The notes: a model not told the origin generated them from the sequence alone. A DNA stretch of 64,000 nucleotides from Thermoplasmata archaeon (GCA_021816865.1 JAKAWX010000002.1:12110-76109), one strand, 5' to 3'. Positions 25,888-36,268 are shown, counted from the stretch's first letter. Numbers and translations: made by a program.

Positions 25888-26871
25888 ATGGAACGACCGC
25901 CCTCCTCGGCGCCGGAGGGCAGAGGGGGCGTGGACCGCGCGAAAGGTTACGCGGTCTTCTTGTCGCTCGCCGCGGCCCTCCTCTGGGCGACCTACTACAT
26001 CTTCGTCCTCGCGCTCGACCGCAGCGCCCCGCCGTCGGCCGTCGTGTTCTACCCGTTCCTCTTCGGCGGGGCCGCGTACACCGCCTGGGCGGCCGCGGCG
26101 GGTCACGGCCGGGCGCTGCTCGCGCTCTGGCGGCAGCCGATGGCGTACGTCCGCACAGGGTTCCTGGTCGGGATGCAGGTCTCGGTTCTCGCCGCGACGT
26201 ACCTCACGGGGCCGGTCGACGCTTCGCTCCTCTCGCTGATCGGGGACGTCGTGCTGACCCCGCTGATCGTGGCCCTCGTGATCGGCGCCCACCGGGCGCA
26301 CGTGACGTCGCGGGTCTTCTCGCTCGGGCTCGTGCTGAGCCTCGCCGGTGGGGCGCTCACGATCGCGGGAGGACAGGGCCTCACCGCGGTCCGCGGTCTC
26401 GGGTGGGCGGTGGTTCCGGCGGTCCCGGTCTCGGTCGCGCTCTACTTTCTGCTGAGCGCGCGGGAGAACGAGCGCTCCCCTCCGTCGGCGGTCGTCGCGC
26501 AGTCGATGCTCGCCGCGGCGCTCGTCGGCGCTCTCGTCTCGCCCGCGCTCCCGGGCGGGTTCGCCGGACTCGGGTCGCCCTCGCCCGCCGCTCTCGTCCT
26601 CCTCGCCGCGACGGGCGTGACGAGCTTCTTCCTCGCTCCGGCGCTCTACTTCCACGCGATCTCGCGCGCCGGTCTCGTGATCCCGCCGATGCTGATGACC
26701 GGGATCCCGGTCTTCACCCTCCTGCTCTCCGCGACCGTCCTCCGCCTCGCGCTTCCGTGGGTCGCGCTCCTCGGGATCCCCGTCGCGGTCGTCGGCGCGG
26801 TCCTCACGCTCCGCGGCGAGCGCCCCCCCGAGACGGTGGAGCCCCCGGGCCCCGGGGCGACCTCCTCGTAG
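25888..26871 (+). CDS. EamA/DMT-superfamily transporter
   Basis: About 10 TM segments in two EamA-like halves. ATG at 25888 after the purM stop. Confidence 0.7.
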   Translation: MERPPSSAPEGRGGVDRAKGYAVFLSLAAALLWATYYIFVLALDRSAPPSAVVFYPFLFGGAAYTAWAAAAGHGRALLALWRQPMAYVRTGFLVGMQVSVLAATYLTGPVDASLLSLIGDVVLTPLIVALVIGAHRAHVTSRVFSLGLVLSLAGGALTIAGGQGLTAVRGLGWAVVPAVPVSVALYFLLSARENERSPPSAVVAQSMLAAALVGALVSPALPGGFAGLGSPSPAALVLLAATGVTSFFLAPALYFHAISRAGLVIPPMLMTGIPVFTLLLSATVLRLALPWVALLGIPVAVVGAVLTLRGERPPETVEPPGPGATSS

Positions 26872-26880
26872 CCCGCGACC

Positions 26881-29340
26881 TCACTCGAAGTCGGCGAGGC
26901 TCTTCGTCGTGCGTCGGCGCTTCGCGGGGGCCGCGAGGTCGGCGAGCGAGGTGTCGAGCGATGCGGTCGGTCCGGGCTCGACCGTCGGCCGGTCCGCCGG
27001 GTCACCGAGACGGCGCTGGTGGCTCCCGCGCAGGAGCGCAGCCGCGTCCCAGTCGTAGACCTCCGTCACACGGGCGAGCGTCTGGGCGACGCGGTCGGCG
27101 TAGTACTCCCAGTCGGGTTCCTTGCCGAACGGTCGGCCCTCGACCCACGGCTCGACCTCCTGAGGGGAGGCGCGGGAGTCGGTCACGATCCACGCGACCT
27201 TCATGCCGGGGATCACGTCGTACCCTTCCGCCTTGAGGCGCTTGTAGACCCTCAGGAACGGCAGCGAGTCTCGGGTCGCTTCGTTGTACTCGCTCTCCGG
27301 CCGGACCGTGCGCGCAATGACGAGCCGCTCGACCGGGACCGACCGGTTCCGCACCGCGAGCACGAGCTCGCGTGCGCGACGCACCGCACCGTCGGTGTCC
27401 CCGCGAAGGACGAGGTCGAAGACATCCATGAGCGCCTGCGACTGGTAGTCGAAGGCGTCCGTACGCCGGGTCTCGTAGCCGCGGACAACCCGCTCCTCCC
27501 GGGGCCAGGCCGTCTGACCGACGTACCGCTTCTTCGCGCCGTGCGAGAAGAACGACTCGAAGACCGACTGAAACTCGAACGTCGTTCCCTCGTGGGTGAA
27601 CCGCTTTGCGATCTCCTCGCCGAACTCCCGGGCGCCCTCGAGGGTCGGGACCGGCGCTCGGACGAACACGGAATCGGTGTCGGAATAGACCACCTCGTGG
27701 CCGTCGGCCTCGAGGTCGCGGATGATCGAGGTGATCGCCTCCCGCGCGAAGGCGGTGATCGCGGCGCCGATCTCCTTGTTGGTGAACCGGTAGAAGCTCG
27801 ACGCGAGCACCCCGTAGAACGAGTTCATCAGGAGCTTCACCGCGAGCTGGAGGCCGTCGAAGTACGCCTTCAGCTCCTCGGTCGGGGCCTCGCGCGCCTC
27901 CCGCCGGAACCGGTCCCGGTCGGCGAGGAGCTGCGCGAGGAGCTCGGGAACGATCCCTCGGCGGACGGAAGGCGCAAGGAACCGGGCGCCCGACGGCGCG
28001 ACCGTCGTGCCGTCGGGGGAGAGCGTGGTGAAGCAGAGGTTCTTCGCGATGATGATCGACGGGTACATCGACTTGAAGTCGAGCAGGACCACCCAGCGGT
28101 ACATCCCCGGGCGGATTGCGTGGACGTACCCGCCCTCGATCGGGGCGTCGCGTCCCCCGCGGTGGCTCGGCGGGACCCCGACGCCCCGTTCGTCGGCCCG
28201 TGGAATCAAGAGCGCATCGATGTAGAGGGACGTCCGGCCGTTGAGGCCCTCCTCGAGCGGAAGGCGCGCGACGGTCGCGAGGTCGGCCGCCTTATCGATC
28301 GAGCGGAGGCGTCGAAGGATCCTCAGGGCGAGGTCGGCGTCGTGCTCGCAGTACTCCATCACGCGGGCGGGATCGCGCGCCCACTCCTGCTCGATGTTGC
28401 GGCGGTCGACGTCGAGCTTCGAGTCTCCGAGAAGCGTGCGGGCGACAAACTGCAAGGTCTCCTGCTTCGGGTGGAGCTCGTTGCGGGCGGACCACCAGGC
28501 GTCCGCGACCACGCGCCCGGTCACCTTCCACAGCCGATCACCCATCTCGCGCGGGCTCGATCCCTCCCGTCCGAGGCGGAGGGGCTCCGCACCGGTCGCC
28601 TGGGCCCGCTCGACGAGCAGGGGGAAATCGTAGCCCCCGATGTTGTATCCCGTGAGAATGTCCGGGTCGTCCTCGCGGACGATACGGGCGAACTCCTCGA
28701 GGATTCTGCGTTCGCTGGGGTCGGTGATCCGGAAGGTCCGGCGCGGCCGGTCGCCGCCGTCGGCGACGCCGCAGATCGTGAAGATCGTTCGCTCGCGGAT
28801 CGCGTTCTCGATGTCGAAGGAGAGGAACCGCAGGGACGGACGGAACGGCTCGGCGGGCCGGATGTCGTGGGTGGCGTCCACGACGACCCGCACCACCTCG
28901 GGCACCGTGTAGCGCGCGCGGACCTCGTCGCTCTCCTCCTCGGCCTCGAAGCCCACCGTGAGGCCGAGGTGATGGTCGTAGAGGAAGCGGTGCACGAACG
29001 GGATGTCGCACGCGAGGACGTTCGCCTCCTCCCCCGGGCGGCGGTAGGCGTCGCGGTACTGGGGCACGAGCCACGGACGGTGGAGGGTAACGCGGGCGGC
29101 CGGTCTCTCGCGGCCCCCCACGAACGTGATGAGGTCCTCGACCTTTACGACCTCGGGGTCGGACCGGAGCCGCTCGCGCTGCTCCGCGGTCGGCTCGGCG
29201 AGGACGAAATACGGCCGGAAGCCGTAGTACCGGGCGACCGTCGGGGTCCCTTCCCGGTTCCGGCCGAACAGCTCGACGACCACCCCATCGTCCCGAGCCT
29301 GGTACGAGCCCTCGAGGAGGAACAGTTCGACCGTGCGCAC
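26881..29340 (-). CDS. polB: DNA polymerase, family B
   Basis: 819 aa. Exonuclease motifs LSFDIE and YNIGGYDFP; polymerase motifs LDFKSMYPSII, KLLMNSFYG and VVYSDTDS (a YSDTDS variant of motif C). No intein-sized insertion. Confidence 0.9.
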   Translation of the reverse strand: MRTVELFLLEGSYQARDDGVVVELFGRNREGTPTVARYYGFRPYFVLAEPTAEQRERLRSDPEVVKVEDLITFVGGRERPAARVTLHRPWLVPQYRDAYRRPGEEANVLACDIPFVHRFLYDHHLGLTVGFEAEEESDEVRARYTVPEVVRVVVDATHDIRPAEPFRPSLRFLSFDIENAIRERTIFTICGVADGGDRPRRTFRITDPSERRILEEFARIVREDDPDILTGYNIGGYDFPLLVERAQATGAEPLRLGREGSSPREMGDRLWKVTGRVVADAWWSARNELHPKQETLQFVARTLLGDSKLDVDRRNIEQEWARDPARVMEYCEHDADLALRILRRLRSIDKAADLATVARLPLEEGLNGRTSLYIDALLIPRADERGVGVPPSHRGGRDAPIEGGYVHAIRPGMYRWVVLLDFKSMYPSIIIAKNLCFTTLSPDGTTVAPSGARFLAPSVRRGIVPELLAQLLADRDRFRREAREAPTEELKAYFDGLQLAVKLLMNSFYGVLASSFYRFTNKEIGAAITAFAREAITSIIRDLEADGHEVVYSDTDSVFVRAPVPTLEGAREFGEEIAKRFTHEGTTFEFQSVFESFFSHGAKKRYVGQTAWPREERVVRGYETRRTDAFDYQSQALMDVFDLVLRGDTDGAVRRARELVLAVRNRSVPVERLVIARTVRPESEYNEATRDSLPFLRVYKRLKAEGYDVIPGMKVAWIVTDSRASPQEVEPWVEGRPFGKEPDWEYYADRVAQTLARVTEVYDWDAAALLRGSHQRRLGDPADRPTVEPGPTASLDTSLADLAAPAKRRRTTKSLADFE

Positions 29341-29362
29341 GGACCGAGGAGCCCGACGGGCG

Positions 29363-29998
29363 CTAAAGCCGTTTGGAGGGGCGCCCGGCGAGCCAGGTAC
29401 CGAGCGCCCGGAGGTCGTCGTCCCAGCGGCGGTAGAGGCGATGCGAGCGCAGGGCGGCCGGGTGGACGAGTGGGAAGAGCGGTGGGTCGCTCGACGGGCG
29501 CGGTCGACCGGCCGCGGTGAGGATCGGCGGCGCCCCGGGATCGAGCGCGCGCAGGGCCGAGGTGCCGAGGGTCACGACCGCCGCCGGACGGAGCAGCGCG
29601 AGCTGCCGGTCGAGGAACGGACGACACGTAGTGGCCGCCGCCCGGTCGAACCGGTTCCCTGGCGGGCGGCATTTGAGGACGTTCAGCACCCCGAACTCGT
29701 CGCCCTCGAGCCCGAGCCGATGGGTGGCGTCGTCGAGCCGCCGGCCGGCGCGTCCGACGAAAGGGAGTCCGGTGCGGTCCTCCTCGGCGCCGGGGGCTTC
29801 GCCGACGAACACGACGCGCGGCGTGAGACTTCCCCGGTAGACGACCGCGTTCGTGCGGTACGCGCCGAGAGGACAGCGTCGGCAGGACCGGATCTCCTCG
29901 GAAAGCTCGGCCCAAGCCCGCGACCGACGGGGCGCCGGCGGCACGGTCCGGCCGATGGCGATGCCCGGCACGCCCCGCGCCAGTCCGGCCGCCCCCAT
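29363..29998 (-). CDS. udg: Uracil-DNA glycosylase, family 4 (4Fe-4S)
   Basis: Family-4 motifs: CRRCPL, VFVGEAPGAEED, NVLKCRPPGNR and HPAAL near the C-terminus. Lies 22 nt upstream of polB on the same strand. Confidence 0.8.
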   Translation of the reverse strand: MGAAGLARGVPGIAIGRTVPPAPRRSRAWAELSEEIRSCRRCPLGAYRTNAVVYRGSLTPRVVFVGEAPGAEEDRTGLPFVGRAGRRLDDATHRLGLEGDEFGVLNVLKCRPPGNRFDRAAATTCRPFLDRQLALLRPAAVVTLGTSALRALDPGAPPILTAAGRPRPSSDPPLFPLVHPAALRSHRLYRRWDDDLRALGTWLAGRPSKRL

Positions 29999-30037
29999 AG
30001 CGCTCGCGCGAGCGAGCGAGGGCGCGGCGCGGCACGG

Positions 30038-30047
30038 ACCTTAAATA
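30038..30047 (+). promoter_or_regulatory. TATA-like box CTTAAATAG upstream of the rps12-rps7-fusA operon
   Basis: Isolated AT-rich element 34-42 nt upstream of the rps12 ATG, inside the divergent udg/rps12 intergenic region. Confidence 0.4.
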
Positions 30048-30080
30048 GGGGCTCCCTGTGGCTCGGCCCCTTCGCCGACC

Positions 30081-30515
30081 ATGCCTCCGCCGTCCGGACT
30101 CAACACTGCGGGTCGCCTGACCCGGCTCCGCCAGCGGCGACGCTGGTCCGACCGGTACTACAAGCGGCGGACCCTCCATCTCAAGGAACGGTCCGACCCT
30201 CTCGAGGGTGCCCCCCAGGGCCGCGGCATCGTGATCGAGAAGGTCGGGGTCGAGGCGAAGCAGCCGAACTCGGCGATTCGAAAGTGCATCAAGGTCCAGC
30301 TGATCAAGAACGGCCGCCAGGTCACCGCGTTCGCGGTCGGTGACGGGGCCATCAACTTCATCGACGAGCACGACGAGGTCCTCGTCGAGGGAATCGGAGG
30401 TCGCATGGGCCGGTCCTACGGCGATATCCCGGGCGTCCGGTACAAGGTGATCCAGGTGAACAGCGTCTCGCTCGACGAACTCGTGCGCGGACGCAAGGAG
30501 AAGCCGGCCCGATGA
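30081..30515 (+). CDS. rps12: 30S ribosomal protein S12 (uS12)
   Basis: Signature [37 protein letters not shown] box 34-42 nt upstream. Confidence 0.9.
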   Translation: MPPPSGLNTAGRLTRLRQRRRWSDRYYKRRTLHLKERSDPLEGAPQGRGIVIEKVGVEAKQPNSAIRKCIKVQLIKNGRQVTAFAVGDGAINFIDEHDEVLVEGIGGRMGRSYGDIPGVRYKVIQVNSVSLDELVRGRKEKPAR

Positions 30516-31171
30516 GCGGAGCACCCGAGCCCCTGAGCCCAGAGCCGACCGCCGAGGACGCGGGACCCGTCGTCCAGCGCCCCCAGCCGCCGCCCCCTCC
30601 ACCGTTCGTCCTCCCGCCGCTCTTCGGAAAGTACCCGTTCGAGGGCGTGGAGGTCCACGACCCCGGGCTGCTGCCGTACCTGTATCTGCACCCCGTCTAC
30701 ACGCCTCACACCGAGGGTCGCCTCACCGGTCGGCCGTTCCTCAAGACCCGGATGCACCTGGTCGAGCGGCTCGCCAACCACCTCATGAAAGGCGGCAAGT
30801 TCACGGGCAAGAAGTCGAAGGCGATCACCACCATCCGCAAGGCGTTCGACGAGCTCGCCCAGAAGGAGGGGAAGAACCCGCTCCAGCTCCTCGTCGATGC
30901 GGTCGAGAACGCCTCGCCTCGAGAAGAGGTCACGCGACTCCAGTTCGGCGGGATCTCCGTCCCTCGGGCCGTGGACGCCTCACCGGCCCGCCGTCTCAAT
31001 GTCGCGATCCGCAACCTCGCGCTCGGCGCGATCCAGTCCTCGCACAAATCGACGAGGCCGATCCACTCCTGCCTCGCGGACGAGATCCGGCTGGCGGCCA
31101 AAGGCGACCTCACGTCGTTCGCGGTCGGACGGAAGGAAGAGGTCGAGCGGGTCGCGCAGTCGGCGCGCTGA
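30512..31171 (+). CDS. rps7: 30S ribosomal protein S7 (uS7), with a Pro-rich N-terminal extension
   Basis: uS7 core pattern ([25 protein letters not shown] ... [16 protein letters not shown]). ATGA overlap with the rps12 stop. Confidence 0.9.
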   Translation: MSGAPEPLSPEPTAEDAGPVVQRPQPPPPPPFVLPPLFGKYPFEGVEVHDPGLLPYLYLHPVYTPHTEGRLTGRPFLKTRMHLVERLANHLMKGGKFTGKKSKAITTIRKAFDELAQKEGKNPLQLLVDAVENASPREEVTRLQFGGISVPRAVDASPARRLNVAIRNLALGAIQSSHKSTRPIHSCLADEIRLAAKGDLTSFAVGRKEEVERVAQSAR

Positions 31172-31189
31172 AGCCCGACAGGAACCCCC

Positions 31190-33391
31190 ATGACGCACAT
31201 TCGTGCTGAGCTCGCGAAAGCCATTCCCGAGATGATGCGCAACGTCGACAAGATCCGCAACATCGGGATCGTCGCGCACATCCACCACGGCAAGACGACG
31301 CTCTCCGACAACCTCCTCGCCGCGGCGGGGATGATCTCGAACGAGCTCGCGGGCAAGCAGCTCTACCTCAACTTCGACGAGCAGGAGCAGGCGCGGCTGC
31401 TCACGATCAACAACGCGGACGTCACGATCGTCCACGAGTTCGAGAAGGAGCAGTACCTGATCAACCTCATCGACACGCCCGGCCACGTGGACTTCGGCGG
31501 AGACGTGACCCGAGCGATGCGCGCGGTCGACGGCGCGATCGTCGTCGTCTGTGCGGTGGAGGGCGTCATGGCTCAGACCGAGACCGTGCTCCGTCAGGCG
31601 CTGCGCGAGAAGGTCAAGCCGGTCCTCTTCATCAACAAGGTCGACCGCGCGATCAAGGAGCTCCAGCTCACCCCCGATTCCCTGCAGAAGCGGTTCGGGT
31701 CGATCATCTCCGAGGTGAACGAGCTCATCCGTCGCATGGCGCCCGAGGAGTTCGTCGACGATTGGAGCGTCGATCCCCGGGACGGGTCGGTCGCGTTCGG
31801 ATCCGGGTACGAGAACTGGGCGATCAGCGTGCCGTATATGCTGCGCACCGGCGTCAAGTTCCCCGATATCATCGATTTCGTCTCGACCGGACGATCTCGG
31901 GAGATCGCGCAGCGCGCGAAGATCAACGACGTCGTCTTCGACATGGTCGTCCGCCACCTCCCGAGCCCGCACGTCGCGCAGCGCTACCGGATCCCGAACA
32001 TCTGGAAGGGCGAGGTCGGCTCGACGATCGGCCAGGCGATGCTCAACACGGACACGAACGGCCCGACCTCGTTCATGGTCACCGACATCACGATGGACCC
32101 GAGCGCGGGCGAGATCGCGACGGGCCGCGTGTTCTCCGGGCGCATCCAGAAGGGGATGGAGCTGAGCGTCGCGGGGACGAAGATCAAGGACCGCGTCCAG
32201 CACGTCTCCCTGTTCATGGGTCCCGAGCGCCTGATGGTCGAAGAGGTCACCGCGGGCAACATCGCCGCGGTCATCGGCCTCTCGGACGCCTTCGCCGGGA
32301 CGACGATGTCGGCGATCCCCGACATGACCCCGTTCGAGGAGATCCGTCACGTTTCCGAGCCGGTCGTAACGGTCGCGATCGAGCCGAAGCGGATGTCCGA
32401 CCTTCCGAAGTTGATCGAGGTCATGCGCAAGATCGCCAAGGAGGACGCGAGCCTGAAGGTCGAGATCAACCAAGAGACGGGCGAGCACCTCTTGTCGGGG
32501 ATGGGCGAGCTCCACCTCGAGATCACGCAGTACCGCATCGTCAACGACTACAAGGTCGAGATCGAGGCGTCGAAGCCGATCGTCGTCTACCGCGAGGTCG
32601 TGAAGCACCCGGGAGGGCCGTTCGAGGGGAAGAGCCCGAACAAGCACAACCGGTTCTACTTCGAGGTCGAGGCGCTCCCCGCGGCGGTCGTGCAGGCGAT
32701 CCGGGACGGCGACATCCCGCAGGGAAAGTCGTTCAAGGACACGAAGACCCTGGTCGCCAAGCTCGACCAGCTGGGCGTCCCCCGGGACGAAGGCCGCGGG
32801 ATCGTCGCGGTCGAGGGGACGAACATGCTGTTCGACGTGACGAAGGGGATCCAGTACCTCAACGAGACGATGGACCTGATCGTCGACGCCTTCAAGGAGG
32901 CGGTCAACCGCGGGCCGCTCGCCAACGAGAAGGTCTACGGGCTCAAGGTCCGTATCGTGGACGCGAAGCTCCACGAGGACTCGATCCACCGCGGACCCGC
33001 CCAGACGATCCCCGCCGCCCGCTCGGGGATCTACGGGGCGATGGTCCTCGGCGACCGTCTCCTCCTCGAACCGTTCCAGAAGGTCACCGTCAACGTCCCG
33101 CAGGAGGTCCTCGCAGGCGCGACCCGGGAGCTCCAGCGCCGACGGGGCGAGATCCTCGACATGACCAGTGTCGGCGACCTGCAGACGATCGTCGCGAAGG
33201 TCCCGGTCGCGGAGATGTTCGGCTTCGCCTCCGACATCCGCAGCGCCACCGCGGGCAAGGTCCTTTGGGCGACGGAGTCGATGGGGTTTGAACCCGTTCC
33301 GGGCGAGCTGCAGCCGAAGGTCGTCGGCGAGGTGCGACAGCGCCGCGGCCTCAAGCCCGAGCCGTACGACGCGGCGTACTACGCCGGGTAA
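31190..33391 (+). CDS. fusA: Elongation factor 2 (aEF-2)
   Basis: GTP-binding motifs AHIHHGKTTL and DTPGHVDF. Diphthamide-site context EDSIHRGPAQ. 733 aa. Confidence 0.95.
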   Translation: MTHIRAELAKAIPEMMRNVDKIRNIGIVAHIHHGKTTLSDNLLAAAGMISNELAGKQLYLNFDEQEQARLLTINNADVTIVHEFEKEQYLINLIDTPGHVDFGGDVTRAMRAVDGAIVVVCAVEGVMAQTETVLRQALREKVKPVLFINKVDRAIKELQLTPDSLQKRFGSIISEVNELIRRMAPEEFVDDWSVDPRDGSVAFGSGYENWAISVPYMLRTGVKFPDIIDFVSTGRSREIAQRAKINDVVFDMVVRHLPSPHVAQRYRIPNIWKGEVGSTIGQAMLNTDTNGPTSFMVTDITMDPSAGEIATGRVFSGRIQKGMELSVAGTKIKDRVQHVSLFMGPERLMVEEVTAGNIAAVIGLSDAFAGTTMSAIPDMTPFEEIRHVSEPVVTVAIEPKRMSDLPKLIEVMRKIAKEDASLKVEINQETGEHLLSGMGELHLEITQYRIVNDYKVEIEASKPIVVYREVVKHPGGPFEGKSPNKHNRFYFEVEALPAAVVQAIRDGDIPQGKSFKDTKTLVAKLDQLGVPRDEGRGIVAVEGTNMLFDVTKGIQYLNETMDLIVDAFKEAVNRGPLANEKVYGLKVRIVDAKLHEDSIHRGPAQTIPAARSGIYGAMVLGDRLLLEPFQKVTVNVPQEVLAGATRELQRRRGEILDMTSVGDLQTIVAKVPVAEMFGFASDIRSATAGKVLWATESMGFEPVPGELQPKVVGEVRQRRGLKPEPYDAAYYAG

Positions 33392-33515
33392 ACCGGCCGC
33401 GCGCCTCTCGGAAACGCCGGGCCGATGCGCCGCTCGCGTCCGTACGACGCCGCGCAGTGGGACGGGCGATCGGCGACCGGCTCCACCCTCTAGCCGGACC
33501 GTACCGCGGGCGGGT

Positions 33516-34178
33516 TTAGCTACTACGCTTGGTAGTAGCTCTGACCCGACGGGAGGGGCCGGCCGGTAGACCGATGAGCTCGTCCAGGGTCCGCTGGCCC
33601 CGCGGCCGGGGGCCTTCGGCCGACCGCGAGCGGATCGGCCAGGCGCCCTCGTGGTCCAGCAGCCAGCGCTTGCGCCAGAGACCGAGCCCGTAGCCGGTGA
33701 TGGACCCTCCCGTACCGATCACCCTGTGACAGGGGATCACGATCGGGATCGGGTTGCGCCGCATCGCGCCCCCGACCGCCCGCGCGGCCCCGGGGAACCC
33801 GGCCCGTCGCGCGAGTTCGCCGTACGTCACCGTTCGCCCCGCCGGCACGTCGCTCAGTCGCTCCCAGACCTTCCGGTCGAACGCCGATGTCGTCCCGGTG
33901 TCCGCCACAAGGTCGAAGGCGGTACGCTGGCCCCGGAAGTACTCGAGAAGTTGCCGGGCCGGGTTTCCCGCCGGGAGCGGGGGGCGGCGACGGAGCGCCC
34001 CCGCCGGCACCCCGCTCTGGGCGAGACCGTTCTCGAGCAGGTCGACCACGCGCACGTTCGAGCCCTGGTAGACCACCCGGAACGTTCCGATCGGAGTGGT
34101 CACGTCGGAGTACTCGACCGGGTCGGCCATCGCCGGGGCAGGTGCGGGCACGCTTATCTCCGTTTCAACCCGGGCCAT
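33516..34178 (-). CDS. ogt: Methylated-DNA--protein-cysteine methyltransferase (Ogt/MGMT)
   Basis: Active-site motif IPCHRVI, plus VTYGELARRAG. The start is either the ATG at 34178 or the ATG at 34130. A low-complexity C-terminal tail contains a 9-bp stem-loop. Confidence 0.8.
   Translation of the reverse strand: MARVETEISVPAPAPAMADPVEYSDVTTPIGTFRVVYQGSNVRVVDLLENGLAQSGVPAGALRRRPPLPAGNPARQLLEYFRGQRTAFDLVADTGTTSAFDRKVWERLSDVPAGRTVTYGELARRAGFPGAARAVGGAMRRNPIPIVIPCHRVIGTGGSITGYGLGLWRKRWLLDHEGAWPIRSRSAEGPRPRGQRTLDELIGLPAGPSRRVRATTKRSS
33518..33540. other. Perfect 9-bp inverted repeat (AGCTACTAC-GCTTG-GTAGTAGCT) at the ogt 3' end / convergent junction with fusA
   Basis: Read directly from the sequence. 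The stem is relatively AT-rich compared with the flanks and overlaps the last codons and stop of ogt. Confidence 0.25.
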
Positions 34179-34872
34179 TTCTCGGCGAACCCCCCGAGCT
34201 CTCGAGGCCGGTCGAGGTGATGCGGAAATCCGCGGTCCCCTCGGGGAGCGACCGGTGCTTGACGAGCACGACGCGGCGGCGGTCGCCCGGAAGGCGGTCG
34301 AACCGCAGGATCGTCTTCGCGGCGTGGTGGAGGAACGAGCCCCCGAGCGGCTCGAGGGTTCCGTCGCGTACGCTCCGGTAGACCTGGTTCGTGAACAGTA
34401 CCGGAACGTGGGCCGAGAGCGCGGTCACGACAAGGTCGGCGACGCCGACGGAGAGGGCCTGGCGCGCGTCGTCCTCGTCGGGCCCCGAGAGCGTGAGCCG
34501 GTAGTAGAACGTGCCCGAATCGACGACGATGAGGCCGACCGGCCGGGTTCCCTCGCGGGCGAGCCGGCACGCGGTCGCGACCGCCCGCCCCTGCTCGTCG
34601 AGGCTCTTCGGGCTCGAGAGCAGTAGCCGCCCGAGGACCTCGTCGAGCGCCGGGCCGCAGACCGCGCTCAGCCGGTCGACGCTCACGCCCTCGGTGTCGA
34701 TGTAGAAGACCCAGTGGCCCGACCGCGCCACGCGCGCGCTGACCTCGAGGCAGAAGAGCGTCTTGCCGCTTCCGCCCTCTCCGTAGATCTCGGTGACCGA
34801 GTCGCTCTCGAGCCCACCGCCGAGGAGCCGGTCGACCGACGGGATCCCCGTCGGCTGGCGCTCGGACGGCAT
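34165..34872 (-). CDS. radB: DNA repair and recombination protein RadB
   Basis: About 235 aa RecA-family paralog. SVDRLLGGGL, Walker A GEGGSGKT, Walker B LIVVDS. No C-terminal extension, which distinguishes RadB from RadA. Confidence 0.8.
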   Translation of the reverse strand: MPSERQPTGIPSVDRLLGGGLESDSVTEIYGEGGSGKTLFCLEVSARVARSGHWVFYIDTEGVSVDRLSAVCGPALDEVLGRLLLSSPKSLDEQGRAVATACRLAREGTRPVGLIVVDSGTFYYRLTLSGPDEDDARQALSVGVADLVVTALSAHVPVLFTNQVYRSVRDGTLEPLGGSFLHHAAKTILRFDRLPGDRRRVVLVKHRSLPEGTADFRITSTGLESSGGSPRNGPG

Positions 34873-34924
34873 CGGCGCGGCGAGGGTCTCCGAGGGGATA
34901 ATCTAGTACCGTGGGGGCCGCGCG

Positions 34925-36268
34925 TCACGGGCCGATCGGGTACGGCCGACCGACCTCGGGCAGCCGGACGCTCGGCCCGGCGGCGCAGAACGCCTCCGGG
35001 TGTTCGGTGTGGATCGGGAAGACGGTCGACGGCGCGACCGACCGGACGATCTCGAAGAGCTCGCGCTCCGATGCGTGCCCGCTCGCGTGCATCTGGTGGA
35101 ACGCGAGGCCGAAGTGGTCGAGCCAGTTGTGCATCACCCGATCGTCGACGTCGTCCTCGCTGAACGGCTCGCTCATCGAGTGGATGAACGGCGCTCCGCG
35201 CGGAGGTCGGAGGTCGATGAGCTCGGGGAAGTGCAGCAGGTCGAGCGCGAGCAGGTAGCGTCGTCCGTGGGCGCGGACCTCCTCGGCCGAAAGGGCGTCG
35301 TCGAGGAACGGCTTCTCCCAGTTGAAGTGGCGCTTCTTCTTGCGGTCGTAGACGAGGAGGCCGTGCCCGGGATCGGGGACGGGCACGCCTCCGCCGGGGA
35401 ACTGCGGCGCGACGGTCGCGAGGAGGTGCGCCGTCCGTGCCGAGACCACGAGCGAACGATCGGCCTCGAGCGCCGCCGCGTGGAGGGTGAGAAGCCGGTC
35501 GATGTCGCGCGGGTAGGTGCAGGCGAGCGCGAGCTCGGGGCGGTCCGCGAGCAGCCGGTCGACGTGCGAACGCACCCCCGCCTCGGAGAGGTTCGGGCGG
35601 GCGTCCGGCCCGGCGCGCGTGCCCTCGGTCACGAGGGTGGCCGGTCGCTCCTCGGCCGCGGCCCGGAAGAACTCCCGTGTGTCCGACGCCCGGGGTCCGT
35701 GCTGGCGGAAGTCGCCGGTGTAGACGAGCGAGCCGTTCGACGTGCGGACGATGAACCCGTAGGCGAACGGGATCGAGTGGTCGACGGGGTACGGCACAAC
35801 CTCGATGCGGCCGAACCGGACCGGCGCGCGGTCGGTGAACGTCCGGTAGGCGTGCTCCCCGTACCGCATCATCGTCGAGGTCTCGATCGCCGACATGAGG
35901 TTGCGCGTCCCGGCGCCGACGTAGACCGGGACCTCGGGGTCGACGAGGTCGAGGTACCCTGCGTGGTCGGCGTGCGCGTGGCTCACGAAGATCCCTTGGA
36001 GGGTGGGGGGCTCCCAGGCGAGGTCGGCGTCCCCGAGCGCGTCGCGCGAGTAGAGACCCTCGAGACGGGGAACGAGGCCGAACTCGAGGAGGTCCTTGGC
36101 CGGGCTGGTCGACCTCGGCTGCAGGTAGTCGACGTAGTACTCCTCCCGTCGTGCCGAGAACGACGGTCCGAAATCGAACAGGACGCGGTCCGGTCCGTCC
36201 TCGATCAGGAGCTTGTTGCCGCCGATCTCACGTACCCCGCCGAGGAAGGTGACGGTCGGCCCGGCCAT
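34925..36268 (-). CDS. Beta-CASP family metallo-beta-lactamase-fold ribonuclease (aRNase J / aCPSF2-like)
   Basis: MBL motif HAHADHAG, later Asp/His motifs (YTGDFRQHG ... HASGHAS), 447 aa without KH domains. Confidence 0.75.
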   Translation of the reverse strand: MAGPTVTFLGGVREIGGNKLLIEDGPDRVLFDFGPSFSARREEYYVDYLQPRSTSPAKDLLEFGLVPRLEGLYSRDALGDADLAWEPPTLQGIFVSHAHADHAGYLDLVDPEVPVYVGAGTRNLMSAIETSTMMRYGEHAYRTFTDRAPVRFGRIEVVPYPVDHSIPFAYGFIVRTSNGSLVYTGDFRQHGPRASDTREFFRAAAEERPATLVTEGTRAGPDARPNLSEAGVRSHVDRLLADRPELALACTYPRDIDRLLTLHAAALEADRSLVVSARTAHLLATVAPQFPGGGVPVPDPGHGLLVYDRKKKRHFNWEKPFLDDALSAEEVRAHGRRYLLALDLLHFPELIDLRPPRGAPFIHSMSEPFSEDDVDDRVMHNWLDHFGLAFHQMHASGHASERELFEIVRSVAPSTVFPIHTEHPEAFCAAGPSVRLPEVGRPYPIGP

